A stretch of 63,386 bases of DNA, the filler included, from Collodictyon triciliatum (taxonomy: Eukaryota), in NCBI GenBank assembly GCA_043381765.1. It is 5 parts of 5 records of this genome, joined end to end, with 100 filler letters (N's around TTAATTAATTAA, not from the genome) between each part and the next. Parts side by side here need not be neighbours in the genome. Positions count along the whole stretch, not along the records: positions 28,112 to 48,302 come from JBHJMP010000071.1; 4 more parts are not named here. One strand, written 5' to 3'. Both the position numbers and the translations under genes were made by a program. Shown one piece after another: positions 33,193 to 46,749 of this stretch. Position 1 is the first letter of the stretch. Every line of letters starts with the position of its first letter. The notes under the pieces were generated by a model, which was given only the letters and a program-made list of their open reading frames with translations, was not told the DNA's origin and searched no databases.

Positions 33193-36100
33193 ATGGCCTT
33201 TGTCATCAAAGACCAGTTTGGCCGAGAGACCTTTGTGCAGCAGCACGAGCAGCTGCTCTTCCTGGACCTCAATGACATGTCGTGGGGCCGACCACTGACG
33301 CAGCCGCCGCAGCCCACGCCACTGCCGCCTGTGGCCCACCTGCCACAGCCACAGCCACAGCCACAGGCCTTGCCACAGCCACAGGCCCTGCCACAGCCAC
33401 AGGCCCTGCCACCCGTGGCGCTGCCGCCCGCCGTCAACCTGGACCACCTGCACGCAGGCGTGGGGACCTCCCCCTCCGCCCCGCCCGTCGTCCAGCACGG
33501 CCGCCCCAGCCTCTACGGCAAACCCGGGACCGCTGCGGGCCGCCCTTCGCTCGCAGGCCGCCCCAGCTTCACGCTCGGCATGGATCTGCCCAACGTCGAT
33601 GTCGGCCCTGCCGGCCCCAGCAAGGAGTCTGCCCTCATCTTCCACGAGGCCCGCGTCTCCTTTGATCTCTCAAAGAAGCCCTCAAAGGTCCTGGAGAAGG
33701 TCGAGCTCAAGAAAGTCGAGATTGTGAGTAATTCCCCCCTCTTTTGTTCTTCTTTTTTCTCTGAAGATTCACAATTATTTTGTTTTTTTTTTGTTTTGTT
33801 TTGCCTTTGGGTGGAATTGAATCATTCCAAGTATGGTGAGAGGAGGGGTTCGTGAACCTTATCGCATTCTATTTTTTTCATTTGATTATGTTCTTGTGCT
33901 TGTTTTTTTTCTTTCCCTCGCTCCCTTCAAAGTATAAAAATCAAAATAAGGTCTCAGTTCTGCGTTGTGACCTACGTATGCCTCTTTTTCTGTAAATTGC
34001 AAGGGAAATGACATATACATCCTTTTTCGCAGGAGGAGCACGTGGAGCCGTTCGAAGACGTTCTTCAGAAATATGATGTTTCTGTCAACACCAAGGAGCC
34101 GATCAAGAGCAAAGTATGTACTGATATTTTTTCACGGCTTTTTATTCATTTTCTAAACAACCGAGAGCTACTACCAGGTATGAATAAAAAAAAAACCTCC
34201 TCCTTATCAAGTGTTTTCTTGGGAGAGAGCTCTATCCTCATTCCTATATTCGTTGCCTTCTTTTTCTTCATTGTGGTATGTTGAATTATAAGACTGTTGA
34301 AAGAAGTTTCTTAACCGTCGTGGATCGCTCCTCATTTTAACTGCGCCAATTTTCTCTCTCTCTCTTTAGGGACTGGACGACGAGGAAATCCCTGTCCGTG
34401 TTCAGAAGTATGGTCGGAACATCCTAACACCGCCAAAGAAGAAGACCGCAGTTCAAATGTTCCTGGAGGAGTTCGAAAACTTCTTTGCCCTTTTGCTTCT
34501 GGTTGCCGGTGTTCTATGCTTTGTCATTTACGGGCTGGAGCCAACCTACCAAAATGTAGTCTTTTTATTTTTACTTAATTTTTTTCACTCTGATTGAACT
34601 CCCAACTATAATATACAAAACGAAAACTACTTTCCTAATGATATATATATATATTCAGAGATGTCAGTATTAGACTTCCAAAAAAACACACTTTCTTTTA
34701 TAACCACAATCCCACAGGCAATTCTGGGAGCCGTTCTCTTCTTTGTTACCTTCTTGAATGCTACCATCGGATTTGTACAGAATTATAAAAGCGCAAAACT
34801 GATGGAAGAGCTCCAGGTATTTATTTTTTTTTGGAATTTTCTAATTTCTGGATAGCAGGCTTTAAAATTTAACTTTTAACTTTCCATTCAGAGGGTATAG
34901 AAATATTACGAATAAAACCAGAAAAAAAAAAGAACGACTACAAAATTTCAAACATTCTAGTGATTTTCTAACAATCAATACAATAGAACATGCTCCCTCA
35001 AAGTACCACCGTCATCCGTCGCGGCGTATTGGCCGTCGTCCCAGCTGCTGAGCTTGTTCCTGGAGATGTTGTCAAGCTTAAGGAAGGAGATAAAGTTCCT
35101 GCTGATGTTCTAATTTTCCACGCAAATGAAATGAAGGTACGCACCTGGTATCCCATTTTCTATCTGCTCATATTGAGACATACACAAGGGACAATGTTAA
35201 GCGCCCATCTTCTTTACAATTTGTTTTGGCCTCACGTTTTACGACTTTGTGAAAATTTGACCGCATTCATCATTGTTAACGCCTTTGTCCACACCTGAAA
35301 ATAAAAATAAATCACAGGTGGACAATTCATCGCTTACCGGTGAAGCAGAGCCTCAAGTAATTTTCACTTATCTAATATTATTCAAATGTGTTCAATTTTG
35401 AGCATATTCAAGTCTAAATCCACCAAAGCTGTACTCACCTATCATCATTCTTATCGCATCATAGGAACGCAGCAGTGTCGCTGGACATAAGAATCCCTTG
35501 GAAGCTGCCAATCTAGCATTTTATGGCACTCTGGTTGTCAACGGCGAATGCTACGGTATTGTCATCCGCACTGGTGATTCTACCGTCCTTGGCCAGATCG
35601 CAGCCATTGCTGGAGGCGACAGTGATAGAGAAGTTCCCCTTCTGAAGGTTTCAACTTTCTCTCCATAATCTCTCTTCCCTTTTGTCGTGGATGGGGATGC
35701 TAGATATGTCTGAAAGTACCCTGCTGACTTTCATAAACTCATACCCCCTCTTTCTTCCCTCATTGGTCCATTTCTTGCTGAAGAGCGATATTCACAATAA
35801 CTATTATTCGCCTACTGAACTAGACCATGATATATCATTACAGGAAATTGAATCACTTGTCATTCGAATTGGTATTCTCGCTATCGTTCTTGGTGTTGCT
35901 TTTTTCATCGCTGGTAATGCCATGGGTTATCCCATCGTCCAGAACTTCATTTTTATGATTGGTATTATCGTCGCCAATGTTCCTCAAGGAATACCAGCAA
36001 CTGTTTCGGTAAATGAACAATATGTCTTATATTCCGTTTTCTTTTTAACTTAATACAAAATTGTAGATATGTACATCTCGATCCCTCTTTAACTTTAATG

Positions 36101-39100
36101 CAATACCTAAATCAAATCAGCTGTGTCTTACCATCACTGCTCGCAAACTCGCCACTGAGAATGTACTGGTGAAAAGTCTCCCTGCCATCGAAACTCTTGG
36201 CTCAGTTTCTTTGTTGGCATCTGATAAGACGGGAACCCTCACTATGAACAAAATGACGGTAAGGATACAATGAGAAACTATCATTCATTGTGCTTTTTTT
36301 TTTGTCTTTTTTTTTATACACTTTTTTTTTTAAAAAAAAACCACTTCACACTCGAACAGTAACATTATTTTATGACCAGGTCACGAATATATGGACCTCT
36401 ATGGAGTACCAAGAGGCTAAAGATTTCAATCTTGATTTCCCTGGAGCTCGCGACTTGATCGATATTTGTTTCATGTGCTCAAGGTACGATTTCACCTTTT
36501 CTTTATTCACGAACCCAAAATTGTCACCCTTGAATTTAACAAAGGAAGCGCCACTATCTATCACGAAAAATTATTGTAAGACACAGCCTATTCTTTTATG
36601 AGGGACGTCATATTTAACACTTTGAAAACCAGAGCCAAATTCGAGGACACCCCTGAAAACTATGAGCTTCCTCCTAATGAGAGGCGTGTCATTGGAGATG
36701 CTACGGAGACTGCCCTACTGAAATTCTCCATCCAACAAGTGCCCCAAATCCCCGAGGTTTGCTGACTATCTATCTCGTACACAACGCAAGCTTATTCACC
36801 ATTGTCCGCCATGCTAATAACTCTTATTATCCTCCCACTCTCGCCTACGATAGTTCCCCATGGTCTTCTCTATTCCCTTCAACTCAGAGAACAAGTGGCA
36901 TATGTCCATCCATCACAAGCCACATGACACAGGAATTTATACCCTGTACATCAAGGGAGCTCCGGAGAGGATTCTTGGAAAATGTACGCACATTTTCGTC
37001 AAAGGACAGGTAAGTCATTTTCAGAACTCAATTCCGCTTCCCACTAGCTCTTGACGCAAAGCCACCACCATCTAAACATTCATAAAATCTCCCTTTAGAT
37101 TGTCCCTATGACTGCCGAGTACAAGAAATCGTTTGATACCGCTTACGAGAAGTTTGCAAGTGGAGGACAGAGAGTTCTCGCTTTTGCCATGTCATATCTT
37201 CCGGGTTCTCAATACGGCCCAGACTATGTCTTCACGAAGGAGCCACCAACTTTCCCAGCCGTAAGATTTGTCGCAGTCGATTTGTTGATAGTGTATAAAA
37301 CAATGGAAAGTATACATCAAACAGTGAATTCGAGAGGACCTTTAAGAATAATGTCAGACTGAGCAAAGGAAAAAAAAAAAAAGACAACAATAAATTAGAT
37401 AAAAATGCAATGGCAGTAACTTACAGTCTATATTTGGGGTATAGAATGGTTACATCTTTATGGGACTGTTCGGCATCATCGACCCACCCAAGCCAGGTGT
37501 ACCTGAGGCTATCAATACATGCACCCAAGCTAAGATTCAAGTGATGATGATCACAGGAGACCACCCTCTCACAGCAGAGGTAATTTCCGCGCTAATCTTG
37601 TTATACTTTTCCTAATTAGTGTCTCACTTTTCCATTCTTGGCGGTGTCATGACCTCCTACTAATTTTTGTCTGATATGATTATCAAAGGCTATTGCCCGA
37701 GAGGTCAATATCATCCGAGGAAAGACGAGAGAGCAAGTCGCCAAGGAGCGAGGAATCCCAGAGTCTGACGTGAAAGAGGGCGAATATGATGCTATCGTCA
37801 TTCATGGAGATAAGATTGATGCGCTCACAGTGAGTCCCATGTGATTTAAATAGTATCTCTTCTGCGGGGTACTCGGAAGAGCCTTCTTCGTTCCTTTACT
37901 AACAGCAGATTCGATAGGACCGTCAATGGTATAATATCCTCAGACTGAAGCAGGTTGTTTTCGCCAGGTGAACTCCTCATCATCTTAACACAGCGACACA
38001 TATGCATAGACAATTTCTCCTATATCACTCAAATCTAATCAGACACGAATTCAAATAGAACCTCTCCAAAGCACAAACTAGAAATCGTCTTACGTTGCCA
38101 AGCGATTGGTCACATCGTTGGTATGACTGGAGACGGTGTGAATGACTCACCTGCTTTGAAGCGAGCTGATCTAGGTATTTCCATGGGAATTTCTGGTTCC
38201 GATGTATCCAAGGAAGCTGCCTCTATGATTCTCCTGGATGATAACTTCCCGTCGATTGTGAAAGGAATTACACAAGGTCGGTCACTCCACCCTCACGCTT
38301 TCCAATAGGAAGAGATACGTGGATATTCATTCATTCTTTCTTTGAAAAAAAAGGGGGGTTTTGACAAAATTCATTTAACGTCAAACCCAAACCAAATGTT
38401 TTTTTTTTAAAACTAGCAACATTCTATATCAATTTGATAATCGATTATCTTAACTCCGTATCACAGGGCGCGCTATTTTTGAGAGTTTGAAGAAATCCAT
38501 CTGTTACACTCTAACCCACTTGGTTCCTGAGATGGTACCGTTCATTCTCTACATCGCCATCGGTATTCCTATTGGTATCAGCCCTCTCCTTGTACTCTTT
38601 ATCGACTTGGGAACAGAGATTCTTCCAGGTATTATGTATGCCTTTGAGCCCGGAGAGAGCGATATTATGTACCTTCCACCCCGCAAGTTGGGGATGGTCT
38701 TTGTGCCTGAGGGAGATGATAGCATTCATGCCTTGGCAAACGAAGACAAAAAAGAAAAGAAAGACAATGCTCCTCAGGAGGAAAAGAAATCTATGTTCTC
38801 TGGGTGGTTTTCGAAGAAAACTGAAGAGGGTGATATGAGACCAGTCAAAGGGCGTGTGGAAACTCTTGTTGATATAAACCTTCTTCTGTGGGCTTATCTG
38901 AACACTGGCGCCATCGAGGCTGTTGCTTGCATGTTTCAATTTTACGCTGTCTTCTGGGAAAATGGTATTCGTCCATCGGGATTGAATGACATCAACCAAG
39001 ACCACTTCACAGGAGCAAGTGACGATGAAGACTTTATTTACGATGGAAAAGTCTTTGTAAGTTTTCTATTGTAACATGGAAGAATCATATAGCAGCTTAG

Positions 39101-39931
39101 GCGAGCAATTCAACTCGTCTATACCCTTGCAAGTTTCTCCTTACCCAGCGAAATCACCGTAGATAATCGCCTAAGCTTGACCATCAATTCAAATTATAAC
39201 AGACAGGAAAGGATCAGAAACGTATTCTGCGCGAGGCCCAGGCTTCCTTCTTCCTTTGTGTTGTCATGATGCAGTTGATGAACATGTACATCTCCAAGTC
39301 TCGCCGTGTGACCTTCAAGCCATATATGTTCACCAAGTGAGCAACTAATTTTTGCTTTCCTTTCCTTTCCTTTTTATTTTTATTATATCTAATCTCAAAG
39401 AACAATATTATCGAGTAAATATGTCTTGACCTTCTTTCGTAATAATTTGATGGTACACCGTGAATTTACCCTTTTCAGTGCTATTCATACCTGTACAAAT
39501 GATTCCGAAGTGTTTGATGTTCGCTTGCAATAATACTAACCACAACCCCCTTTTTTTTTTTTCCAGCAACCGATGGACAACATACGCTGCCATTTATGCA
39601 TCCGGCCTGGCCCTATTCCTCATCTACACACCTGGAATTCAAGACATCCTCAGCACAGCCGAAATTGGTGGATACTCATACCTTTGGCCTCTGCCTTTCA
39701 TGGGATTCATGTTTGTCTACGACTATGCTCGAAAGTGGCTGTACCACAGGCTGAGTAAGTTTTTTTTCTTCCGTACCACCAAACTAAGTGGATGTGCAAA
39801 GTGGGTCCCATAGAACAAGATGTATGATCTGAAACAGCTTTTGCGGGGGATGGCCTCTCTTTTTCACTCGCCGTTTACTGACCCTCCCCCCTGGTACAGG
39901 GCCTGAAATTGCTCACTACATCTACTGGTAA
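33193..39931 (+). CDS. P-type ATPase alpha subunit, type IIC (Na/K- or H/K-like), over 20 exons
   Basis: [127 protein letters not shown] and LKKSICYTL. It ends HYIYW* at 39929-39931. Confidence 0.95.
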
Positions 39932-40586
39932 TACTGCGCTCCCGTCAGCAGAAGGCCATTAGGGGTAGGTGCCAAAACTTGAAAGAAAGAAAAATAAATC
40001 TCATAAACAAAATTTAAACCCTTTGGCTAGCACACGTTTATATTCAACACGATGTCTTCCATCCATCACCCCCCCTTTTTTTTTTTTTTTTTTATTAAAA
40101 AAATAATAATCGAAGGAGTCAACACGGTGGAATATAGGCCGGCCTTTACTCTCTTCTCTACAACTGTGCAGGCCCACCGCAACTTTTTTCTCATTCTGAT
40201 ACCACTTTCTTACCTTTCGGTGAACACCAGTAGAACTATCTCTACAGCCACCTTTTGATTTCTCTGGTTCTGAAAGGATATGAATAAAAAGTAGGGACAC
40301 AGTTGGGATGATTCGTTGTGTGAGGCGAACCACGATCTTGATTCATTTTTTTTTTTTTTTTGGTGGCTTAAAAGTATCTAATTGACCGCTTACAGATAGG
40401 CGGAAAGCGGTTAAACGAATACTCTATATAACCCAGAAATGTATATTCCGTAACTCAACCCTGAACAGACAACGTCCTACCCACGGCCAATACTCAGATG
40501 AAACATTCTCCCAGAGAAGCACCAGACGGAAAACGACACAAACTCTATTATATCTCACTATTATTATTATTATTATTATTATTATT

Positions 40587-40620
<34 letters not shown>

Positions 40621-40685
40621 ATTGTCTGACTAAAATCAGCACTACCACGCATATTCCTCTCATTTTTCAAAACAAGTTCGGCTTG

Positions 40686-41509
40686 ATGGACATCATCGGA
40701 AAAGACATTTGTGGTTTGTATCAGAGCCCTTATGGCGATACAGCAGATTTTGAGAGGGTGTTTGATGGATTCCAGGATGATGCGATATATGAGAACCCTT
40801 TACTAAGAGTCAAAGGTGTTGGAAATATTCGCTCAACTTTCCATGGCCTATCATCAGTATTTGATCGTGTGCATGTCAAAGAACACCACATCTTTTCAAA
40901 CAAAACCAAAAATAGAGCAACAATAGATATGGTGCTTGAGTTTCATCTGACGGTTTGTTACTGATACTGTTCGTCATACCAATTTTTATAATCTTGAAAT
41001 ATTATTGATTTAGATTGGCACACCATTTTGTCAAAACATACATTATCTCGACTTTAATTAGGTCTTTTGGGTTAACTTAATATTCTGCCTTCGGGTGTTC
41101 ACGGTTTGCTTCATAAACGCCCAGTCGAAGGTATGTCATAACAGCTATGAGGCTTCATAGCGTAAAAACGTGGTTCCTTTTTATTCAGGACATTAAAATA
41201 AAATATTGAGATGTGATTACTGCATTCATAGATTGTCCTGCAGCAGGATACGTGGGATTTCAAATCATTCATGATGAACTTTCCTTTTGCTTGGTGAGAA
41301 TCTTTCAAAAAGGAGCATCCTCTCGAAACGACCAAATAAATTATATGAAAATGCTTAATGAATTCAATATTTTCAGCGATTTCACACATTTTTTTGGGTC
41401 TCATTCAAAAAGGTTTCTGTACAATACAATGCAAGACGTTTTTGGGGCAGTACCACCATTTCTCGCGAAGGGATATCACCGAGGGAAAAAAATTATGAGA
41501 AGAAAGTAA
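40686..41509 (+). CDS. NTF2/SnoaL-like fold protein, 4 exons
   Basis: DDAIYENPLLRVKGVGNIRSTF and SK|IVLQQDTWD. GT-AG introns join in frame to TAA at 41507-41509. Confidence 0.65.
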
Positions 41510-41586
41510 TATTGAGGGTGTGTCATCAAACCAGCAACATTTCGAGAAAAATCATGAGGTTTTAATTGTTCTATTTAAGTATTCGC

Positions 41587-44333
41587 TTATACTGTGTTCC
41601 TCTCGAAAACAACGATGGCCTCACAGTGCTTTGTGTGTGGAAATAAGTCCACAGCACATGCAGAAACTGGAACAAAAGGTTCGCCCACAAACCGACTACT
41701 TGAGGGGCGACACAATCTGAAGGGTGAATTAAAATCACAAAAAAATCGAAGATTAAAAAAATGAGGATTCTACCTAAGAGTATTTAATCACATGAAAGCT
41801 TTATCAGGGAATTGCATACATTATTTTTTAAAATTTTTTCTATGCAACTAGCTTTACATTTTCTATTTTCTCTTAATCTTGTCGCTACATCAACACGGAT
41901 ATTGATAATTGAAAGAGTTGTCTTACTCAATGGTGTTCTGAATTAATCCCGCCTCTGGGTTACAAGAGACATAAACTAGACGTTTGATGTTTTTCGCAGC
42001 TCTCAGGGCTCTGCTGACGCTCACATCTAAATGATTTTTATTTTTTTTTTACTACTCATTATCCAAATGCTTAGGTGGTGCATTCGTGAGTCGTATAGCT
42101 CAAAATATATTTGCGATTTTAGCACTCAAGGAATATATATATGGTCCGTACGAACACCGGATCGAGGTGGGTCAACTACAGCAATTATATCCTGATCGGA
42201 ATTCCGGTCAAGAATGTTTGGGAGGACACCCTCAGCCTTTGAACATATGAACTCTGCATTCTTTATACCTTAAGTTAGGAAAAGAAAAATTAGGAACATC
42301 AAATGATACATGTCTTGGTGTCATGCGGCCCATAAATGCATATAGCACGAGAAGAATATGCCGAATAAAGTTTTAAAGGGTGTAAATACACACCATTCAG
42401 TTTCATATTGTCCTTGGCATCTTCGACGGCCGGAGCAGACATTTCAACCCCAATAACGGTTTTTACATGACGTGAAGCTGCAAGGCCAATTGTACCTGTA
42501 CCGCAGCATACATCTAAAAATGTGGACTTTCAAATTTACTTTTTTTTAATAGGTGTGAATGCGAGATAAGTACGGCCCATAAACAATTCTTCTAAAAATC
42601 ATGTATCAAGCAGACATGTTTTCCTTAATAACCTTACGCGTGTAGGTTATCGTATTATAATAGTTATTATTATAATGAGTATCTTGAGAATTATACGCAT
42701 CTTTCTAAAAAATGAACAATAATTACATTTGATTTGAGACGTGCTTTCTCCAAAATCTTATCATAAAGAATTTCTGCGGCTGGCGTGTTAACTTGAAAGA
42801 AAGCTCCTGAAGATAGCCGAAAACTGATACATTGAAGGTTTGATTATGACACTCATTTGAAATGTTCTTTGATTTGATATTTTGTAACTATATGCCGTTG
42901 TCACAACGAAAACGAATAAAGAGTTGTGAATGATTCAAATGTTTTCGGATACTTTAAGCCGCACAGATGCTCCATAATAGAGGATTTTCCAAATAAAATT
43001 CTAGATTTGGCATCCACTGATATGGCATTGCTTACTCCGTTGTGCTCTATTCGATCGAAAAAAGAAGTGATTTTAGATTTTTAAACATAGATATTCATCA
43101 CGAAAGTATTTCAGAAAGTCGATGATAGCTCATGATATCTGTCGACTCTAAAATAAAAAATATTATAACAAAACAGAACAAAAGCAAAGGAAAGTAAAAA
43201 TAAAAATAAAAATAAAAATAAAAATAAAAATAAAAATAAAAATAAAAATAAAAATAAAAATAAAAATAAAAATAAAAATAAAAATAAAAATAANNNNNNN
43301 NNNNNNNNNNNNNNNNNNNNNNNNNNNNNNNNNNNNNNNNNNNNNNNNNNNNNNNNNNNNNNNNNNNNNNNNNNNNNNNNNNNNNNNNNNNNNTAAAAAT
43401 AAATATAAAAATAAATATAAAAATAAATATAAAAATAAATATAAAAATAAATATAAAAATAAATATAAAAATAAATATAAAAATAAATATAAAAATAAAA
43501 TAAAAATAAAAGCAAAAGCAAAAGAACCACATAGTGAGACCTTGAAATATAATAGAGGCGATATTCATTCCTGATGTCGAATTAAGTAGATAGTCCTTGA
43601 AAAGATCAATCTCTTTATCAATTATATCTTGATTCGTGTTCTCTATCTTGCACTAGTTATAGATAATACGTTTCAGTATGATATATAGGGATTTTTTTTC
43701 CAGTATGATGTAGATTAAACAAGTTCAGTGATTATTTTTTATAAAAAACTTTATGCTTATTTCAAACCTGTAAAATGGCCATGACTATACCAATTGTTCA
43801 AAAGAGAATTCAATGATTATTCCACATTGAAAGATAAAAAATAAAAATTTTAGCAAATAGTGACTGAAAATATGTAGATTTGAACGCGTTAGCATTATTT
43901 CTATTATTTGTACACGAATTAATGTAAACTCATATACTCGAATAGGTGAATAAGTGACCTTCTCCTGTCCTAAAACCTTGACGGACAGTCAAAGATCTCC
44001 AGAAACCGTTATGAGTCACCTAATGCGTGCCCCAAATTAAATAATCACATCTAGTAAAGGCATATATAACTAAGGAAAACTAATACTACTACTAATACTA
44101 CTACTAATACTACTACTAATACTACTACTAATACTACTACTAATAATACTACTAATAATACTACTAATAATACTACTAATAATACTACTAATAATACTAC
44201 TAATAATACTACTAATAATACTACTAATAATACNNNNNNNNNNNNNNNNNNNNNNNNNNNNNNNNNNNNNNNNNNNNNNNNNNNNNNNNNNNNNNNNNNN
44301 NNNNNNNNNNNNNNNNNNNNNNNNNNNNNNNNN

Positions 44334-44429
<96 letters not shown>

Positions 44430-46090
44430 ATTAAAGACACGAAAATCGAAATTTTCAAATATTTGACCATCCCTGACGTCTGAATGGTTAAAAGAAGCAT
44501 TGCAAGAAATGAAAAAAAATTCCATGTTTTTTTTCTTAATCCCCAACATGTAGCATAAAATAGCAACTTAAATTACGATTCATAAATTACCTTATTAAAA
44601 ATAGGAAGAGAAGATTTAGTGCGAATAAATTCAGTCAGCCGATTTGCAATTAAATTGGCCTCCGCAGATACATTCAGACAGTCATCAGGGTCCTATGAAT
44701 GAGTTTTGGATACAATATTTCACTTAATCCTTCTTCCAATGCCATATAAATTAATACAATCTAGTAATTAAAGTACTTCATTCATCCGAATATATATCAA
44801 TTCTGTTTCGTGTATAAAATGCAGAACAAACCCCAATGACGATAATTCCATTTCGGAAGCTTCCGAGCTGAAAGCCGGTGATAGGTTTAAACTCTTTATT
44901 TAAACCAACAGTGAAGTCGCACTTATTCCGGTAGTAATTTTCTATTGGTGAGGGGGTAATACCTTCAAAGGGACAGCACAGCCTATGGCAAAAGAAGTTA
45001 TGTGATCACATTGCCGATTTAAAAGATTGTTTTCTACATTTCTATTTATCAGAGGGTTTTCCCTACCCCTCATGAATATTCCATCCACTCAGCACTGGTC
45101 TGTTTTCTGAGTCAATTTTCTTCATACTATCCACAATATTGGATAACACCACCTTGATACCGTTTTCTTTTTGCCTAAGTTGGGCATCATATGGTATCTT
45201 CCACAATGGAGTTACGACATCAGCAGTTGTCTTGTTAGGGATAATAGATCTCGACAAGCTCGCAGCATTCTCATCCAAGGATGACGTACTATCTTCACCT
45301 TTGTACTTTTTTTTAAATTGTCTTTCCTTTTTTTTTTACATAAATACATACATTCGAGAGATGTGATCCAAATGTTGATCATCACCCAATTATTGTGTCT
45401 TTTTTTTTTTTTTTTTAAAAAAAAATAGTCACATAGAGTACAAGGAAAAAATTGAAGGCCATCAAAGAAAGCAACAAAAAAAAATCACCCTTTAGAGCGA
45501 AACCATCAAACGAACGATTGAAAGATGCCTTCAGTTTTTGGCCATTATATTCCTTGTCATTTATGATTTGAATGGCCTTCTCTGCATCCTCCTTTTTCTG
45601 TGGAGTCCATGATAATCAGTGTAATTAATTCTTACAGTGTCATTCTCTAATTGTGCCATATGAATAGCAATAACAATAGCAATAACAATAGCAATAACAA
45701 TAGCAATAACAATAGCAATAACAATAGCAATAACAATAGCAATAACAATAGCAATAACAATAGCACTTACAAAATAGATAAATTAAAGATACTGCATGAA
45801 CATGATAGTGAATCATAAACGAAGGGACACAAGGAAATTAAAAATATAATAAAAATGTTCATAGGAAGAAAATGAAATAGTAGAGGCAGGACCAAAAATA
45901 AAATTAAAATAATAAAGAAACAAAAACCATGACCCACCTGAAAAGTGAGATGTCCAAAGGTAAGTCGGTTAGCTTTGTTAAGTCTACCAACCGGAACACC
46001 CCATTCTTGAAAGGATCGCAGTATATTGTTTGTTTTTGTAAAGGACTTGAAATTATTCACAAAAACCTTGAAGGTTGTGTTTGAAGTCAT
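41587..46090 (-). CDS. TRMT2A: tRNA (uracil-5-)-methyltransferase with N-terminal RRM-like region
   Basis: ADVVTPLWKIPYDAQL, YRNKCDFTVG, GFWRSLTVR, AFFQVNTPAAEILY, LDVCCGTGTIGL, VVDPPRSG, LVYVSCNP and AVDLFPHTKHCE. It includes a 17-nt exon at 43768-43784; the start codon is uncertain. Confidence 0.92.
45663..45764. repeat. (AATAGCAATAAC)n tandem repeat in a TRMT2A intron
   Basis: Direct reading. Confidence 0.93.
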
Positions 46091-46522
46091 CCTCAGCAAA
46101 GCGCCTATGGAAAAGAAAAAAGAAAAAAAAACTGTCACAGACCCTAGGCATTGTAAGGCGGCCTCTTCATTACTTCTGTCCTACTATGTAAGCTCTATAG
46201 CGTGATATGGTTGATAGCTATTTCCTTATTAGGTCTTCGATGCTAACTATGGCCTACTTGGCTCAACGTTGGGCTTTTAAAAAATAATAATCATACGAAG
46301 CTCTCTTGATATGTGTGGATGGAAAAAAAAAAATAATAAATTAAAGTCTATTTGAATCAAGAGGTGCGATTTTTTTCTTTCTCTCTAGAGCCCGACGCAA
46401 GCGCGCAAACAAACATACTAAAACCACAAGAGTAAAATACTGGGATACACCACTCGCGTGAAGAAAACCGTCGAAGTCTGTATAAAATAAAAAATCATCA
46501 AAAACAACCCCTTCTAGTAAAA

Positions 46523-46538
<16 letters not shown>

Positions 46539-46554
<16 letters not shown>

Positions 46555-46749
46555 ACAAAAACAAAAACAAAAACAAAAACAAAAACAAAAACAAAAACAA
46601 AAACAAAAACAAAAACAAAAAANCAAAAACAAAAACAAAAACAAAAACAAAAACAAAAACAAAAACAAAACAAAAACAAAAACAAAAACAAAAACAAAAA
46701 CAAAAACAAAAACAAAAACAAAAACAAAAACAAAAACAAAAACAAAAAC
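46539..46749. repeat. (AAAAAC)n microsatellite
   Basis: Direct reading. Confidence 0.93.

Noticed and set aside
30549-39931. HMG gene as a Mucorales-type sex locus
   Set aside because: The expected flanking triose-phosphate transporter and RNA helicase genes are not present; the neighbour is a P-type ATPase.
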